Below are positions 1 through 12,894 of a stretch of DNA of 64,000 nt, one piece after another. Below the pieces are notes generated by a model. That model saw only the letters and a program-made list of their open reading frames with translations. It did not search any database and had not been told where the DNA came from. This stretch comes from Lingula anatina. Taxonomy: Eukaryota; Animalia; Brachiopoda. Both the position numbers and the translations under genes were made by a program. The DNA is taken from contig CM120648.1 of NCBI GenBank assembly GCA_051362555.1, positions 11,218,587-11,282,586 of the forward strand. The letters are read 5' to 3'. How positions within the stretch are numbered: position 1 is the stretch's first letter; each line of letters starts with the position of its first letter.

Positions 1-333
1 GTTCTTTTGTATTCAGTCTTTTTAAGGCATTCTTTGGCAAAAGCATATTTTTCCATATGATAAGTTTTTTCAAATATATTAAATAACGTGCAATTATGTA
101 TGTAGATGATGAGAGGCCTACAGCTGATTCTCCTTGACCAGAAAAACAGGCAGTACATGCTAACTGTAAGATCAAATATCTTACTTCCTCATCATCATAT
201 CAGCCAACATTTTTTAAACAAAGATCTTAAAAGCTGTAAATTGCAAACACACTTTCTCTCTTCCTCTCTCTTCTTCTATATATCTCTTCCTTTTTCTCTT
301 TCAAATATGGTAATACTTGTTCATGTGCATGTA

Positions 334-344
334 CACACACACAC

Positions 345-394
<50 letters not shown>

Positions 395-492
395 CATGCA
401 CATACATTCTCTTCCTCTCTCTCTCTCTCTCTCTGTTTCTCTTTCAAGCATAAACACACAAACACACACGCACGCACACACACATAGAGAGA
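334..492. repeat. Compound (AC)n/(AG)n/(CT)n microsatellite
   Basis: Directly visible dinucleotide runs. Confidence 0.95.
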
Positions 493-1791
493 GTAGCTGT
501 GGGCTGTTCTTTATCATGACCTAATCACATTTTCTGCTTTTCCACCTCCAATGACGTAACACCTTCACAATGAAACGTTATCAGCCTGGAGACATTTTCT
601 ACCAATAACAGACAAACAGTATACCATTACCAATCACCAACTTCTCCAAGGAGGTGGGCAAAATTTACTGCTACTGAGTAAATAAACAGGCTAAAAGATT
701 TTCATCACCACAACCCGTTATTATTTTTCCACACATTATATGTATATATTCATATCTGCCCTCACAATGGGTAGTATTGTTAATCTTTAACTGGATATCT
801 TTTCTCAATTTATCTCGATCTGTCCAATTTAGAAAAAGATTTAAGGTTTGTTGCTTGCTATTTCATTGTTTTGACTGATTTGTCAAGCTTTTTTATCTAG
901 TGAGAAATCAATTATCATCTTTTTATGCTATCTCTTAAATGTTCAAACCCCATTTTTGCAGAGAAGAAAAAAAATTCAAGCATGTAAATTTTTCTTTAAA
1001 TTAACCTTATTCCCTGGTGGTTTTCCCTTTCTTTCATTACATGAAGAAAGAGCCTCAATATGAGACATATTGGACTAGAGAGATGATTCAGTAAAACAAC
1101 CTCATCATGGCCTGGAAGTTTATTTAGTGTAACACACCCGCAACAGGTTTTGGTGGCTAATTACACCCATTACTCACCTCCTTCTGTAACAATGCTCTCA
1201 GTTTAGGTGTATAAACATAACACTGCCACTTTTCTACAGAAAACTGAATCTCTGTTTACTTTCCTTGCCATAATAAACAAAAAGTCATGAGGTGCAAGCG
1301 GCAAAAGTTTCTAATAGAATTGTTCTTCGTTGCTCTAATCTGCACTCCAGATGAAACCCAACAATTGCCCTTTTCAGGGCCCACAATCTTTACACAGCCA
1401 GTAAGATTGTAATTAAGTCATGTTTTGTGCGACTCACTGTTTGAGCAAAGCGAGTCAACTTGCGCTAACTAATTGAATGCATTACCTCATGTATTTATTT
1501 GCGTGTGTACATTTGATGGATGGAAGCTTGATAAAAAGAAAATATTCCATCGGGTGGGTCCTTCAATATTATCCCCACCCAGTGAATGTAGGATACTGGG
1601 TGAATTCCTGACATTAATGCACTAAGTTTATGGTATAATGGGAGGTTCAATATGTCAGCCATTGTGTTATTGTGTGAACAGTTTGTACGATATATGATAT
1701 GTTTTTATTGGGGTAAGAAAAGCAGACATTAGAGAAGAGAGTTATGTGAAAGACAAACTTTTTTTGTCTTTTTCAGCCAAGAGACTAGGTG

Positions 1792-1795
<4 letters not shown>

Positions 1796-1822
<27 letters not shown>

Positions 1823-1847
1823 ATGCATGTGAGTTTTCTCTCTTCCC

Positions 1848-1886
<39 letters not shown>

Positions 1887-1979
1887 CCTCCCTCTCACTT
1901 CATGTGTTTTTTCTCTCTCCCCCGTCCCTTTCTCTTTCTTTCTTTCCTTCCCTCTCTCTCTCTCTCCTCCTCTCTTCCT

Positions 1980-2026
<47 letters not shown>
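1796..2026. repeat. Compound (CT)n/(GT)n microsatellite
   Basis: Directly visible; source of the spurious SL/CV-repeat ORFs. Confidence 0.95.
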
Positions 2027-2028
<2 letters not shown>

Positions 2029-2603
2029 GTGCAATGCTTTACTCTACTGCCCATTCTGGTCATGCACGTGTACGTCCATGCACATGTACATAATAATCAC
2101 CCCTGCCTGAGCTCCATGCCCCTAGTTACTCAATCTAAGATGGATGTAATTCCAATTCAAAGAAAACATAGCACCAAATTGCCACCCCAAAAAATGTCCA
2201 AAAAATCAAAACCACCTCGAAATTGATACTGTACACAACGGTCAAAATACCTCAAAAACTTCAAAGAATTCTAAACCAAAGGTATACCTTTCCATTCAAG
2301 AGGGCTTTTTAGAGGTCACTCAGTGGTCATTTTATTGACCTACACTCTCTTAAAAAGACTGATACATTATTCGATATGGCAGGTGCCCCCTGTCCAGTTC
2401 TGACTGAACCATGTTGTGAATTAATTGCACATTGTACGGGGAAATACTTGAGATGGTTTCATCTGCCTAGCAAGTATTTTTGTCTGTGATTTATTTGTGT
2501 TTCTGGTGTATTGTGTTGTCAATTACAAAAACCTGAAGGAATCAACTGGAATAAAACCAGACATTCCCCTTCTCTAATTCAACTGTCCTCACCCACTCTG
2601 TTC

Positions 2604-2833
2604 AACCCCCTTTACATAGGTGGAGTCTGTTCTGCATCCTTTGTGCGACAATGAAACTGGCATTGCTGTGGTCTTAGAAAGGAGGCACAAGCATCGCATC
2701 GCATCGCTTTGGCTGCAGAATGAATGCTCAAGGATCAACCAGTTGTCAGCAGGCAAAGTATTTCTTTACTCTCAAACAGGGCTGTTAGTACTGCAGGACG
2801 CAGAAAGGATGCCATCCAGTGTAAAGAGGGCTT
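2604..2833. mobile_element. MITE family E
   Basis: Termini AACCCCCTTTACA ... TGTAAAGAGGGCTT; homologous to 45233-45608 (shared AGAAAGGAGGCACAAGCATCGC). Confidence 0.8.
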
Positions 2834-2989
2834 TACAGGACCTGACAGTGACATCATGTCTTATCGAAGATTGTTGCTTTTAAGAAAAAATTAATTGCTA
2901 CAAATTTTGTTTATCCTATTACTCTGTTTTATGAACAAATTTGTAGATTAAATTCCTAATTTTCTGTCTTCTTTCCTCACTAATTTCAT

Positions 2990-2992
<3 letters not shown>

Positions 2993-3049
<57 letters not shown>
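2993..3049. repeat. (CT)n microsatellite
   Basis: Directly visible. Confidence 0.95.
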
Positions 3050-3052
<3 letters not shown>

Positions 3053-3647
3053 TTCTGTCATTCCAAGCACAAAAGGCAACATGGCAGTTCACCTCACATC
3101 CAACTCCGTTCGTAAGTAAAAAAAATTGATGTTCGAAACACTAGACCATCAAAAACAGATTAGCAGACTATTTCCCCTATTTCAGCACTCTATCATTCAT
3201 TATGAGCACCCACTGAAATACTGCAAAATAATACACATCTCTCATTCCTAAAGAAGAAGGTGCTGCAAAGAAGCTCTACTTATGATCAGTTCAGTTATTT
3301 GATCATCTTAAACAAACAGTTCTGTCATCACACAATTGACTGTTTTTTTAAGCAGTGGTTTTTACGTTAAAAAGTCCCCCTTATGTTGAGAGATCCTATT
3401 TCAAAGGTTTGCATAAATTTCAGCTCGGTTTGGAGGGAATTGCCCATAATGCCTTTTCTATTAGTTCAGGCTGCTGAAAGAGTCAATTTGTTCAATAATA
3501 TCAAGTTGTAGGTAATTACAGCAAAAAAGGTGAATAAGAAAAAAAAGACGTTATCATTTTTCCTGACAGTTCCATTACTTTGTTTAAAAAAAATTCATTA
3601 TTTCCATACTGCTCTGTCCATGAAGGAAAATCAAAGAAGGACAGGGG

Positions 3648-4009
3648 CAGACATCCTGAAACTGTCGGTCCAATCGGTCACGACCGGGAAAATTTGTCTG
3701 GACCGGTAACAAATGGACTTGGTCAGTCCAAAGGACCGATAAGAGTTTTAAGAGCCGTAATTTTGAATTTACAGTCATCTTTTGACATCCTTCACTAATA
3801 AAATTATATAAAACCCAAAGTGTTTTTTCCCTTCCATTTGAAACCTATCACATTCACAAACAAAGTAAGGTACCCTAATCATATTGGTAGTATCTGTCTC
3901 AAACAAATAGAGTAATTTTCGGTCAGACAAAAATCCATTTGGTCCAGCAAATTTTTCATTACTGCCGGCCCAAATATTCGGCCATTCTGAAAAGTTTTCA
4001 GCATGTCTG
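3648..4009. mobile_element. CAG...CTG MITE with 6-bp TSD
   Basis: TIR CAGACATCCTGAAA / TTTCAGCATGTCTG with CAGGGG duplicated; repeated GGTCC/GGACC subterminal motifs. Confidence 0.82.
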
Positions 4010-5322
4010 CAGGGGAGGGGGATACTCCATCCTTCAACCCACCCATTTGTTATAAAAAATTAGTGGAATCAAGGTACATCGCAGTGATGGCAGTCATGAG
4101 TGCACAGAACATGTTTCAGAAGGCCTCAATGTGCATCATTTTCCACATTAAACTGAATACTTAATCTGGCATTTCATTTTGGCGACCCACTACTCTAATT
4201 GAATCATCCATGACAATTGGACTAAAACTATCAATGAATCATCAGATCATGCACAGAGCATACTCCAATACACATTTGATTAAAACCAGAAATCTCCGAC
4301 TTTTCACTTCCACACAAAGGGGCATTGTCTGCATTCATTTAATCAAGAGCTTACTTAAGGATATTTTAAATCTAAAACTGGTCATTTCACAGTTAATTTG
4401 TCGTGTGTTTGTGTGGTCGAGGATTCAACAGCATGAGTAATACAGGTATTTTATATTAGTGGTCAATATCAGATGACGTAAAATGATACACTGAGGTCAA
4501 GTTCTGGTACTTTCTGCAGAAAGTCCTGAATGTGAGATCAACGCGAAAGATAGAAAGACTGGATTCTTGCAAATAAATAACTTCCACATCTAATCCATGA
4601 AGTCTTTACAATAAAACTGTAGGGTGAATTCATAGCGGGCAATAAAATGTTGAAATAGATCTTGAAATTGATCTGGCTACTTGCAATCTGCTTTTCTTCT
4701 TCTGACCACTAGGTTATCTGCTATAGCCCCTCTCAATGGCCATTACATAATACATGGCTGTTCCTCAAATACTTATTAAGCTCCCAACAAAGACACACCT
4801 GATAAAAACTGTGTCCTTTATCTAGGTGCAACAGGACACTGAAATTGGGCCTTTCACACTGTTTAGCTTTGATCATTGGAGAGGTACTTTCAGCTGCATT
4901 TCCAGTCAAGATGGGTCCATCCATCTCAGAAGGGCGGCTGATTGTGTTTAGCTCACCATAGGCTGCAAATCTAGTCCCTCTGTTATCCCACCATGATACA
5001 TGCCATTGGATTCTCTTCTTATGTGAAGCTCATTATTTTCACTCAACTTGTTAAGATGGGCCCTCTTGGGTTGGATTGTTCTAACTGGACTAGAGACGTT
5101 CTGAATGGCCCCTATTGACAATGTATCTGGGACAGTGCTAGCTATTTTTTGGTTAACAAAATTGCTACCTTTCCATCACTTTTTTTCTCCAAATGTTTTA
5201 AATTTAACTAAAACAAGTCAAACCAACCCTATTTTGTTTAGCCAATTTAAGTCAGTTATAGCATTTGGCTAAATTGACGAGTGTTAGTGCTACACCAGTA
5301 TAGTTTCTACCCTTTTCTCTAT

Positions 5323-5624
5323 GATCGCATTCACAACGAGTTGAGCCAGTCTTTACAAATCCTGGGGACTAAATACGGTGGTCATACATGAAAGAAAAAC
5401 CGCCTAATCTTTTAATAGTCTCTCCGCCTCTCACATGCCTCCCCACACGTCGTCCCTGCGGGGGGACAATCATTAAATCTCGGCTCCATTGGGACGACAC
5501 ATGGGGAGGCGTGTGGGAGGCAGAGAGACTATTAAAAGATTAGGCGGTTTTTCTTTCATGTACGTCCGCCATATTTAGTCCCCAGGATTTGTAAAGCCTG
5601 GCTCAACTCGTTGTGAATGCGATC
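5323..5624. mobile_element. Palindromic MITE family D
   Basis: About 135-bp TIRs GATCGCATTCACAACGAGTTGAGCCAG ... CTGGCTCAACTCGTTGTGAATGCGATC; TAT/TAA flanks. A half copy lies at 45389-45550. Confidence 0.9.
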
Positions 5625-8600
5625 TAACACAGTGAACATCAGGGTGAGAAGTCTCAACACAGTCCAAACGGCGGCTTATGTGAATTTCCCTTTGAAGACC
5701 CACTTGAGGGGGAGAATATTATCTAAATGAGATGAGGTCGGGTCAACCTCATACCTGACTTTCACACCTAGCTCCTGGGGGTTGGGAAGGCATCATTATC
5801 CCCCATTAAGTATTTAGCAAGGTAAACTGTTAAGTGATAAGTACCCTGGAGCAGTAAGCATGCATTCTCATCTGCTTTAAATTAAACTGTTTCAGCCCCA
5901 TTCCAGGAAGCAGGTGGTTGAAAATCAGGGCTTGCAGACACCGTAAGTTCATTGATAATCCTCGAGGCTGTGAACTATTGTTTTAAGGTGTTATTATTTT
6001 GATGATGATGAGTACAACAACTGATCTATGTATTTCGCATGTTTCAATTTTGAAAAACCTGTGCATTTGATAGCCTGAATTAGAGTTTGGGCAGGGTTAA
6101 GTTTTCATCCATCTACAACCAAACTTGGCCCATATACACACTAGACACATCAGGAACCCTGTTAATTGCAATCAACCTATTTACTGAAATTACCCTCTCA
6201 GATGTCACCTCTCTTTTAAAGATCACAGAGGGTTTATATAGAAAGACACTGGTTGCTATCACCCATGGAGGCAAGGGCAAAAGCGTCAACGCGCATTCTG
6301 TGTCAGGGTCAAAAATGACCAGGTGTCCAATGTAAAGCTGTTGAGATGCACGTGTAGTGCAGTATATGAGAATTGCACTTTACTTTTTAAAATCCTGAGT
6401 TTTTGCATAAAAATAATTTGTATCTAAACTTTGAAGAAGGAGAGATCCTTTACAAAACACACAATTGTTTACCTTGCCTCCAACCTTCCCAATGAGGAGA
6501 TAAGACACATTCTTAGCTCCATTTAGCCATTTTTCACATATTTCATTTATCACAAGGGAAGGAAGGGTAGGGTGGGGGGGGGGGGGGGAGCGCAGGTGAG
6601 AGAGGAAATGTAGGGTGAAATCTGCTGCCCTTTTTATTGGACATCCTCAATATACATGTGAAAATGTTTTTCTAGTTCAAACCAATTCAAACTGTGTGGC
6701 TCGGAAATGTGTGCATGCACTTATATTCTCAAACTGCCTCCAGATTCAGCAGTATGCCTTAGTAGTGAAACGCATCTCGATTCCCTTTTGAGTGCATTTA
6801 GCCAATTTCACATAAAACAATTTTGCATTAAACTGGTTGCTCTTTTAAAAACATCACGAAATATGGTTTATTTTTCCAATTCCAATGTAGAACAATTTTC
6901 CATTAAGAAGCTGAACCCCAAATACCATCACCCCTTTACATCATTAAAACACATCACTGAATCAGTTAACCGTTCAATTCCATGTGGACTATTCATTCCG
7001 TAAACCTGATTCCAATATCTGCGCCTCTTATTTCAAAGGCAGCAGTGTACAGAGTTTGCAGACCCCTTAGTTGTTATTAAATAGAAGACATTTGTAGGCA
7101 GTGATGTTAAAGGTGCCTTCCCAACAAGCAACAGGTTGTCAATGACCTTAAACGGGTATGGGTTAAAATGAAAACTGTTTTATTTCTAATCTGTGATAAT
7201 TATTCTGAAATGTGTTTTATGGCACGTGTGGAGGCAGGGAGACCATCAGGGATTAGCGGCATTGATTTTGAAGTGGGGTCAGCCATGTTTAGTCAGGGGA
7301 TCAGTTAGTCCATGGATCATCTGTTCTGAATGTGCTCTAAGAAGAAAATTACCTCTTGATATCCACCAGCGATTTAATCTCTCTCCACAATGATTAGTGT
7401 ACATTCTATTGATATCATACAGCTGAAAATCTCATTTAGCTGGATAAAAATTTTGAAAATATTTCATTACTCAAAATGTCTTGTAACAAGAGAACAGCAC
7501 CCTAAAACAAAGGCGATGCAAAACAAAAAAAGCACAAGAACACCAGAAGAGGTCACCACCTTGACCTCAATTATCGTACACTGTGCGTATGACCTGGCGA
7601 CTAAACTCCCAGATGAGACCCCTTTGATGACACCGCCACAGCTAATTGATAGTCGCTGCAGCAGAGTTAATATGATAACATTAACTGCTTACATGCTTCA
7701 CTGCTTCTCACATCCACGCTCCACTCGGCAGGTTTATGAACCCAGTGATACTTGTCCTGCTTATTAATTACCTTAGTTATTTATGTGGCTTGTATGACCT
7801 TAAGGGTTGAAAAGTCCAAATACTTAAGATTAAAAAAGTCTTGGAGTTTATGTCTACTATACCCCTTGAGATTGAATAGAGCTAAAAATATGATTTTTTT
7901 TCATTAAACAAGCCCCCCCCCTCCAACTCTAGTCTCTCTCTCTAAGCATACAGCTATTCAAGCAAGCCTCTGCAGGAGCTCATACAATCAACCTCTAATG
8001 CATGGCAAACAGCCAATGTTCAAATCAATTTCAATATGAGTCCAGGGGTTCTAATATTACAAAATTTAGAGAAAAAAGCTTCTCAAGGGACAGATCATTG
8101 AACGCGAATGCAATCCTACGTCAAGAGACACAATCATCAGATTCATCACGATTTCACAAGAGAGCTCTGTCACAGGGTTACGGAACCAGCATGCTCTTTC
8201 CCTCGCCTATTCTCCTGGATCCCACAGAGTGACAACGTTTTGGATCAAAAGACACAATCAGCAAGATAATCTTGGCTTCACAAACAAACGCTGTCACGGG
8301 GTTAGGGCAGCGACAGGCACCTGACGACCTCTAGCTTGTTTAAAGTGGTGTAAGGTTATCACCTGAACCTCACCTGCGTAGATATAAAGTCTTTGATTTA
8401 GCTGCTTTATGGCTCTATTAATGCTGAAATCTGGATGGGAAAATGTGCTCTGAAATCCTGTGGAGAAAACCTCAATGGAACTTCCAATATGTGGGAGTTT
8501 TTTTTTTTTTTTTCTCATTTTTCATCATAACCTTGTGGACCTCATCTTGTTAAAAATGATGCAAGGTTATCACCTGGATATATTTCTGCTCTCTTGTAGC

Positions 8601-8943
8601 AACAAATTCCATACATTTTTTGTTCTAATATCTGTCTTTTTCTTAATTTATCAATTTGAAAATTTTTATATAAAACGAAGAAAAAAATCTTAACAAGTCT
8701 TAAATCCCTTTTTTTGGTATAATCAACAAAACATTGAGTTGGTAAATATCATAATTAAAATCTGATACAAATTAATGAGTGTGTAATTACAAAATTAAGA
8801 CCCATCAATTACCAATCAAACAACTGATTACCTAACCAAACTCTGACCTTGACCTCTGACCTTGCCAGCCAAATCATGGATCAACATTTGAATAATCGAT
8901 AAATCAATTGATACAATTAATCTTACTAATTGCGAGTACTTAC

Positions 8944-9053
8944 GATACATGCATCCTGTCTCCTGATTAAGTTGCTGCCATCCGTGACAACACCTGTACT
9001 TTGTTACGTACTGTGTGTGGTACACTTGTCTGTACGTGGTGTAGTAACTCGTT
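8944..9053 (-). CDS. MEGF6: MEGF6-like exon 3, C-half of EMI domain
   Basis: ttgcag|...|gtaagt boundaries, 110 nt, phase 2/1. Translation TSYYTTYRQVYHTQYVTKYRCCHGWQQLNQETGCMY contains the EMI YRxxY...CCxGW motif. The EGF-repeat exons must lie left of the window. Confidence 0.9.
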
Positions 9054-9877
9054 CTGCAAGGAATAATTATAATAATGTATCATTTTTGTTTAATGAAAAT
9101 TAACTGAAGCTTGTACTTATGACACATGGTCAGTTAATCAAATAAGACTTAAAGTGTGTCAAATAAGGACAAAATGCAATGAACAAGCACAAAGACAAAC
9201 ACAAAACCATTTTTAAATTGTCCATTACTAGTATATATGTTAAAAATTCAAACTAGACAACATGACAGTCACAGTAATAAAAAAAACCCACAGTCAATTC
9301 TGATTTTTTTTTAATCTACCACTTTTTTGTTTAAATGTCAAGAAAAAGAGGGTACAAATATGGGTGGAAAAAAAATTAACAAAATCAGGCTTCTGTAAAC
9401 AGTCATTACAGCAGATCCTTTTGCTAGATAATTACAGCACTGGATTTTATTATGTTATCATTGAGAAATAGATGCCTCCTTAATGAACGAATTTTAAAAA
9501 TCTTTCATCAAAAGCAGAGATAGAAAAAAGGCAAAGTAGAATCTCTCCTTTTCAAGTCAAAAAATGCTTTCTTAATTGCACATAACATGGCAATATAAAT
9601 AACAAAGAGCAATTTAAAAGCTATTTGCCATGACCTGAAAAACCGTTTAACTGCTCAAGAACAGAATATGTAGCCGCGTCCTCCCAAACTGCACTCTTTA
9701 TGTGACAGAACACCCCTGCCAATTAAGGACAAAATGTATCGTTGTTTCATGTTATGGTGACAGTAATGTAACAGCACCATGAAAGGTGATGTATGTTACA
9801 TGCGCTGTGACTCTGACATGTACATCATACGTAAAGGGTGTTTGGAAAGGGTTAAAAATGACTTCCTCATAGATGTA

Positions 9878-10079
9878 GACCCCATTTCTAGAGATTAGAT
9901 CGATCTACTTTAGATCGACCTAACTCCCTGGGGGTTCACACTAAATAGCTGTCAGCCGGGCGGACACGAAAGTTAATTACTCCCTTACAGCTTGTAGTAG
10001 GCGGGACGGACATTTAAGCCAGATTATCTGACAGTAATCTAGTGAGACTCCCCGCGGGGATAGATCTGGGAATACGGCC
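9878..10079 (+). mobile_element. PIF/Harbinger-type MITE family A
   Basis: Near-identical to the copies at 14745 and 16606; GTA 3-bp TSD on both sides. Confidence 0.9.
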
Positions 10080-10829
10080 GTAGATTAAAGTGTCACACAC
10101 ACACATACACACATGCCAGCACAAACACACATACATGAAAGTACTCAAATTTGCCTGCATCATCATAGCATCTTTATAGGCCAAAGAATAAATAAAATCC
10201 TATACAAATTGATATACTGGGTGCGCGTGCGCACGCGCACACACACACACAGTTTGTACATCATGTATATAAAAAGCAGTTAATACGGAATGCTTTTTTT
10301 TCACTATTATCACAGTACACCAAGAGAGGAAATAATTTCCAGATGGGCAGTGGCTAAAATTTGGACAGGCATTGCTCTCAAAACATAGGCCACAGATGAT
10401 TATGATTGCAATAATTTAATAAACTATCTCAATATAAAGCTAGTATTGTACATACACCCCATTACTCTGAGGACAAAGTCATTAGAGAGCAGATGAAGGA
10501 GATAAATATATTTGTCAGAAAATGAAGAGTTTGTGATCAATGACAATTACTTTACTTGAAGTCAATGTGGAGCAATCTTCAGTGGCTAGGGCACTCACTG
10601 TCTGTGGAAGCCATCAAGTCAGCTACTGTACCCACAAATTTTAAACACAAAACTCTTTTCAGACATTAAATACTTCCAACAACCAAAAAATAAAATAAAT
10701 GCTAGTACTTAAACAATCTTGAATTTGAAGCATACTTAATCAATTTCCAGATGTGTTAAGTGCCAAATAGTGAAATGTTTGTATGTGAATGCATGTGTGT
10801 GTACATGGGTGTAAATGTGTTTGTGCATT

Positions 10830-10832
<3 letters not shown>

Positions 10833-10880
<48 letters not shown>
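10833..10880. repeat. (GT)n microsatellite
   Basis: Directly visible. Confidence 0.95.
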
Positions 10881-10883
<3 letters not shown>

Positions 10884-12348
10884 CAAACACAAAAAAGTTA
10901 GCCTCTAAGCAGAAAATCCACACATTCAATTTCACTCTTGTTCAAGTCCCCACAGGCTGTCTGGGTCAAATAGTACTAATATTTCATACCAATGATCAAT
11001 TTCTATACATCAAATTTGAAAAGGGCACCTGTCAGGAATTTCAGTTTTACTCCAGTTAGACAGACTATGTACATAACACCCGAGACAGACAACTGTTTCG
11101 ATGAAGCAAAATCAGTCGATACTTCAGGGCACAAAGGATTACCGGATTAAAAATGAGGTTTTCAATGATATTCTTTGTACCAATATTTGTGTGTTGACTA
11201 GACTGGGTTTTTTTTCCACCTCTGTCTTGTTTACCCAGTAAATAAGATTGAGCATAAAACAAATACAGACAATCATAAGTCTTCATTCCTGGTGGCTAAT
11301 CCTTGACGACTTAGCATAACCCCTTCCTGAGCCGTTCTATCAATTGTAGCGCAACTTTGACCTTCAATAATCTAATTGGTGAATTAATGTGATACTACAA
11401 AGAAATTCATTCTCGACAACAAAGTCTTGTTTTGCAAACCACGCATCCTTCCCCTTCTTAGCAACCGATACAAAACCTATACATCTTTTTAAGGTTAAGA
11501 CTCTATAATGACCTCATGGTACTCAGTTTCTATGCCCGCAAATGTGATCAAGCAACTACATTTCAACAATGTGAAAAAAAAATGAAAGAGAAAAAAATTA
11601 GACTGATTGTCCCTCTTGCAAATTTGTGGTTTTTATTACAAGCATTGTCTGGCCTATGTTGGCAAAGTTGGGTGGTTTTTAATGATGTCTGGGTGGAAGC
11701 TAACAACTATGTACTTCTCTCTAGTAACATTAGTACTATTGTTAACTGGAAAATGTCACACAAAATTTAAGAAGAGTTGAGAATGTGGTGTTTAAGACCG
11801 GAAATCCTTCAACAGTATTTTAAGTCAGTGATTGTTCCAAGAAGAAGATTTTAGTTTTGCAATTCACGGTTTCAGTCAGCACTGTGTTAAAGCAGTGGCA
11901 CATTGATTTGAGCTATTATACATCATCATTTTTTAAACACAAATCTAGGCTATACATGCTATACTGTAGAAAATCGACCTTAACTCATGAAATTTTGCTT
12001 TGCAACTTGAAATAGACTAAAAATTCTTTGAAACATTTAAAGGATAATTTTGGACTTATTTTAACTTTGATCAGGTAAAAAAATTAGTCATGTGGCTTAC
12101 ACAATACTGTACTTGACTCTATAAAGCCTAAGATACTTTCATTCAATTTGCCACAGTTTTTCACACTGTACAAGAACATTTCTCAGTGCCTTATTCTCTG
12201 AGTGCCTTTTCCATTGCCCAATAGCTCTATTACTTCTTAAAAGATGAAGACAAATTCATATAGAGAGAGAAGGCAGGGGGAGACCCATGCTAATAATTTT
12301 GTATCCACCACAGTGAAGTCTGTCAAGTGTCTGCCTGTTTTTTACTAA

Positions 12349-12551
12349 GGGTCCATTCAGAACCAGCTGATGCAAGGACTAACTAGTCCATGGATCAAAT
12401 ATAGTGTAACCCACTTGAAAGCGTGCCAAGATTTAATTGCTCTGCTCCTGCTTGAACGGCGCACTTGGAAGGCAGTCATCCATTGTTAAGTGCTCACTAA
12501 TTTGATCCGTAGACTAGTTAGTCTGTAGATCAACGAGCTCTGAATGCACCC
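12349..12551. mobile_element. MITE family C
   Basis: GGGTCCATTCAGA ... TCTGAATGCACCC with TAA TSD. One-ended relatives occur near 7225-7340, 31325-31425 and 50640-50698. Confidence 0.8.
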
Positions 12552-12762
12552 TAAATAGGGAGAGCATGCATCTTGTTAAAAGACTTTGTGACCGTGGGAC
12601 ACAGTTACAATAGACTTTGAGAAGGCAAGAAGAATGGGACACACTGTAGGCAAACATCTGATTCAGGTTGCACTGAATTGTATGTACAATAAAAAATTAA
12701 AGACCACTGTATGTTCTGTCTTTTCTTACAGACTTTCTCCAAGTTATCTCTTATGGATTTCA

Positions 12763-12894
12763 GTGTGTATGTGTGTGTGTGTATGTGTGTGTGTGTGAGT
12801 ACGTGCATGCGTGTGAGCTAGTGTGTGTGTGTGTGTATGTGTGTGCATGAATACGTGCATGTGTGTGAGCTAGTGTGTGTGTGTGTGTGTGAGC
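12763..12894. repeat. (GT)n tract with a duplicated ~52-bp higher-order unit
   Basis: TACGTGCATG.GTGTGAGCTAGTGTGTGT occurs twice in tandem. Confidence 0.9.

Noticed and set aside
1178-1233. Possible MEGF6 exon 4 (ctgtag ... gtgagt, open frame QKWQCYVYTPKLRALLQKE)
   Set aside because: It lacks the EGF cysteine pattern and ends in phase 0, unlike EGF exons; probably chance splice-like sites.
106-2226. ORFs of 60-145 aa with SLSLSL, CVCVCV and ERERER runs
   Set aside because: They are translations of dinucleotide microsatellites.
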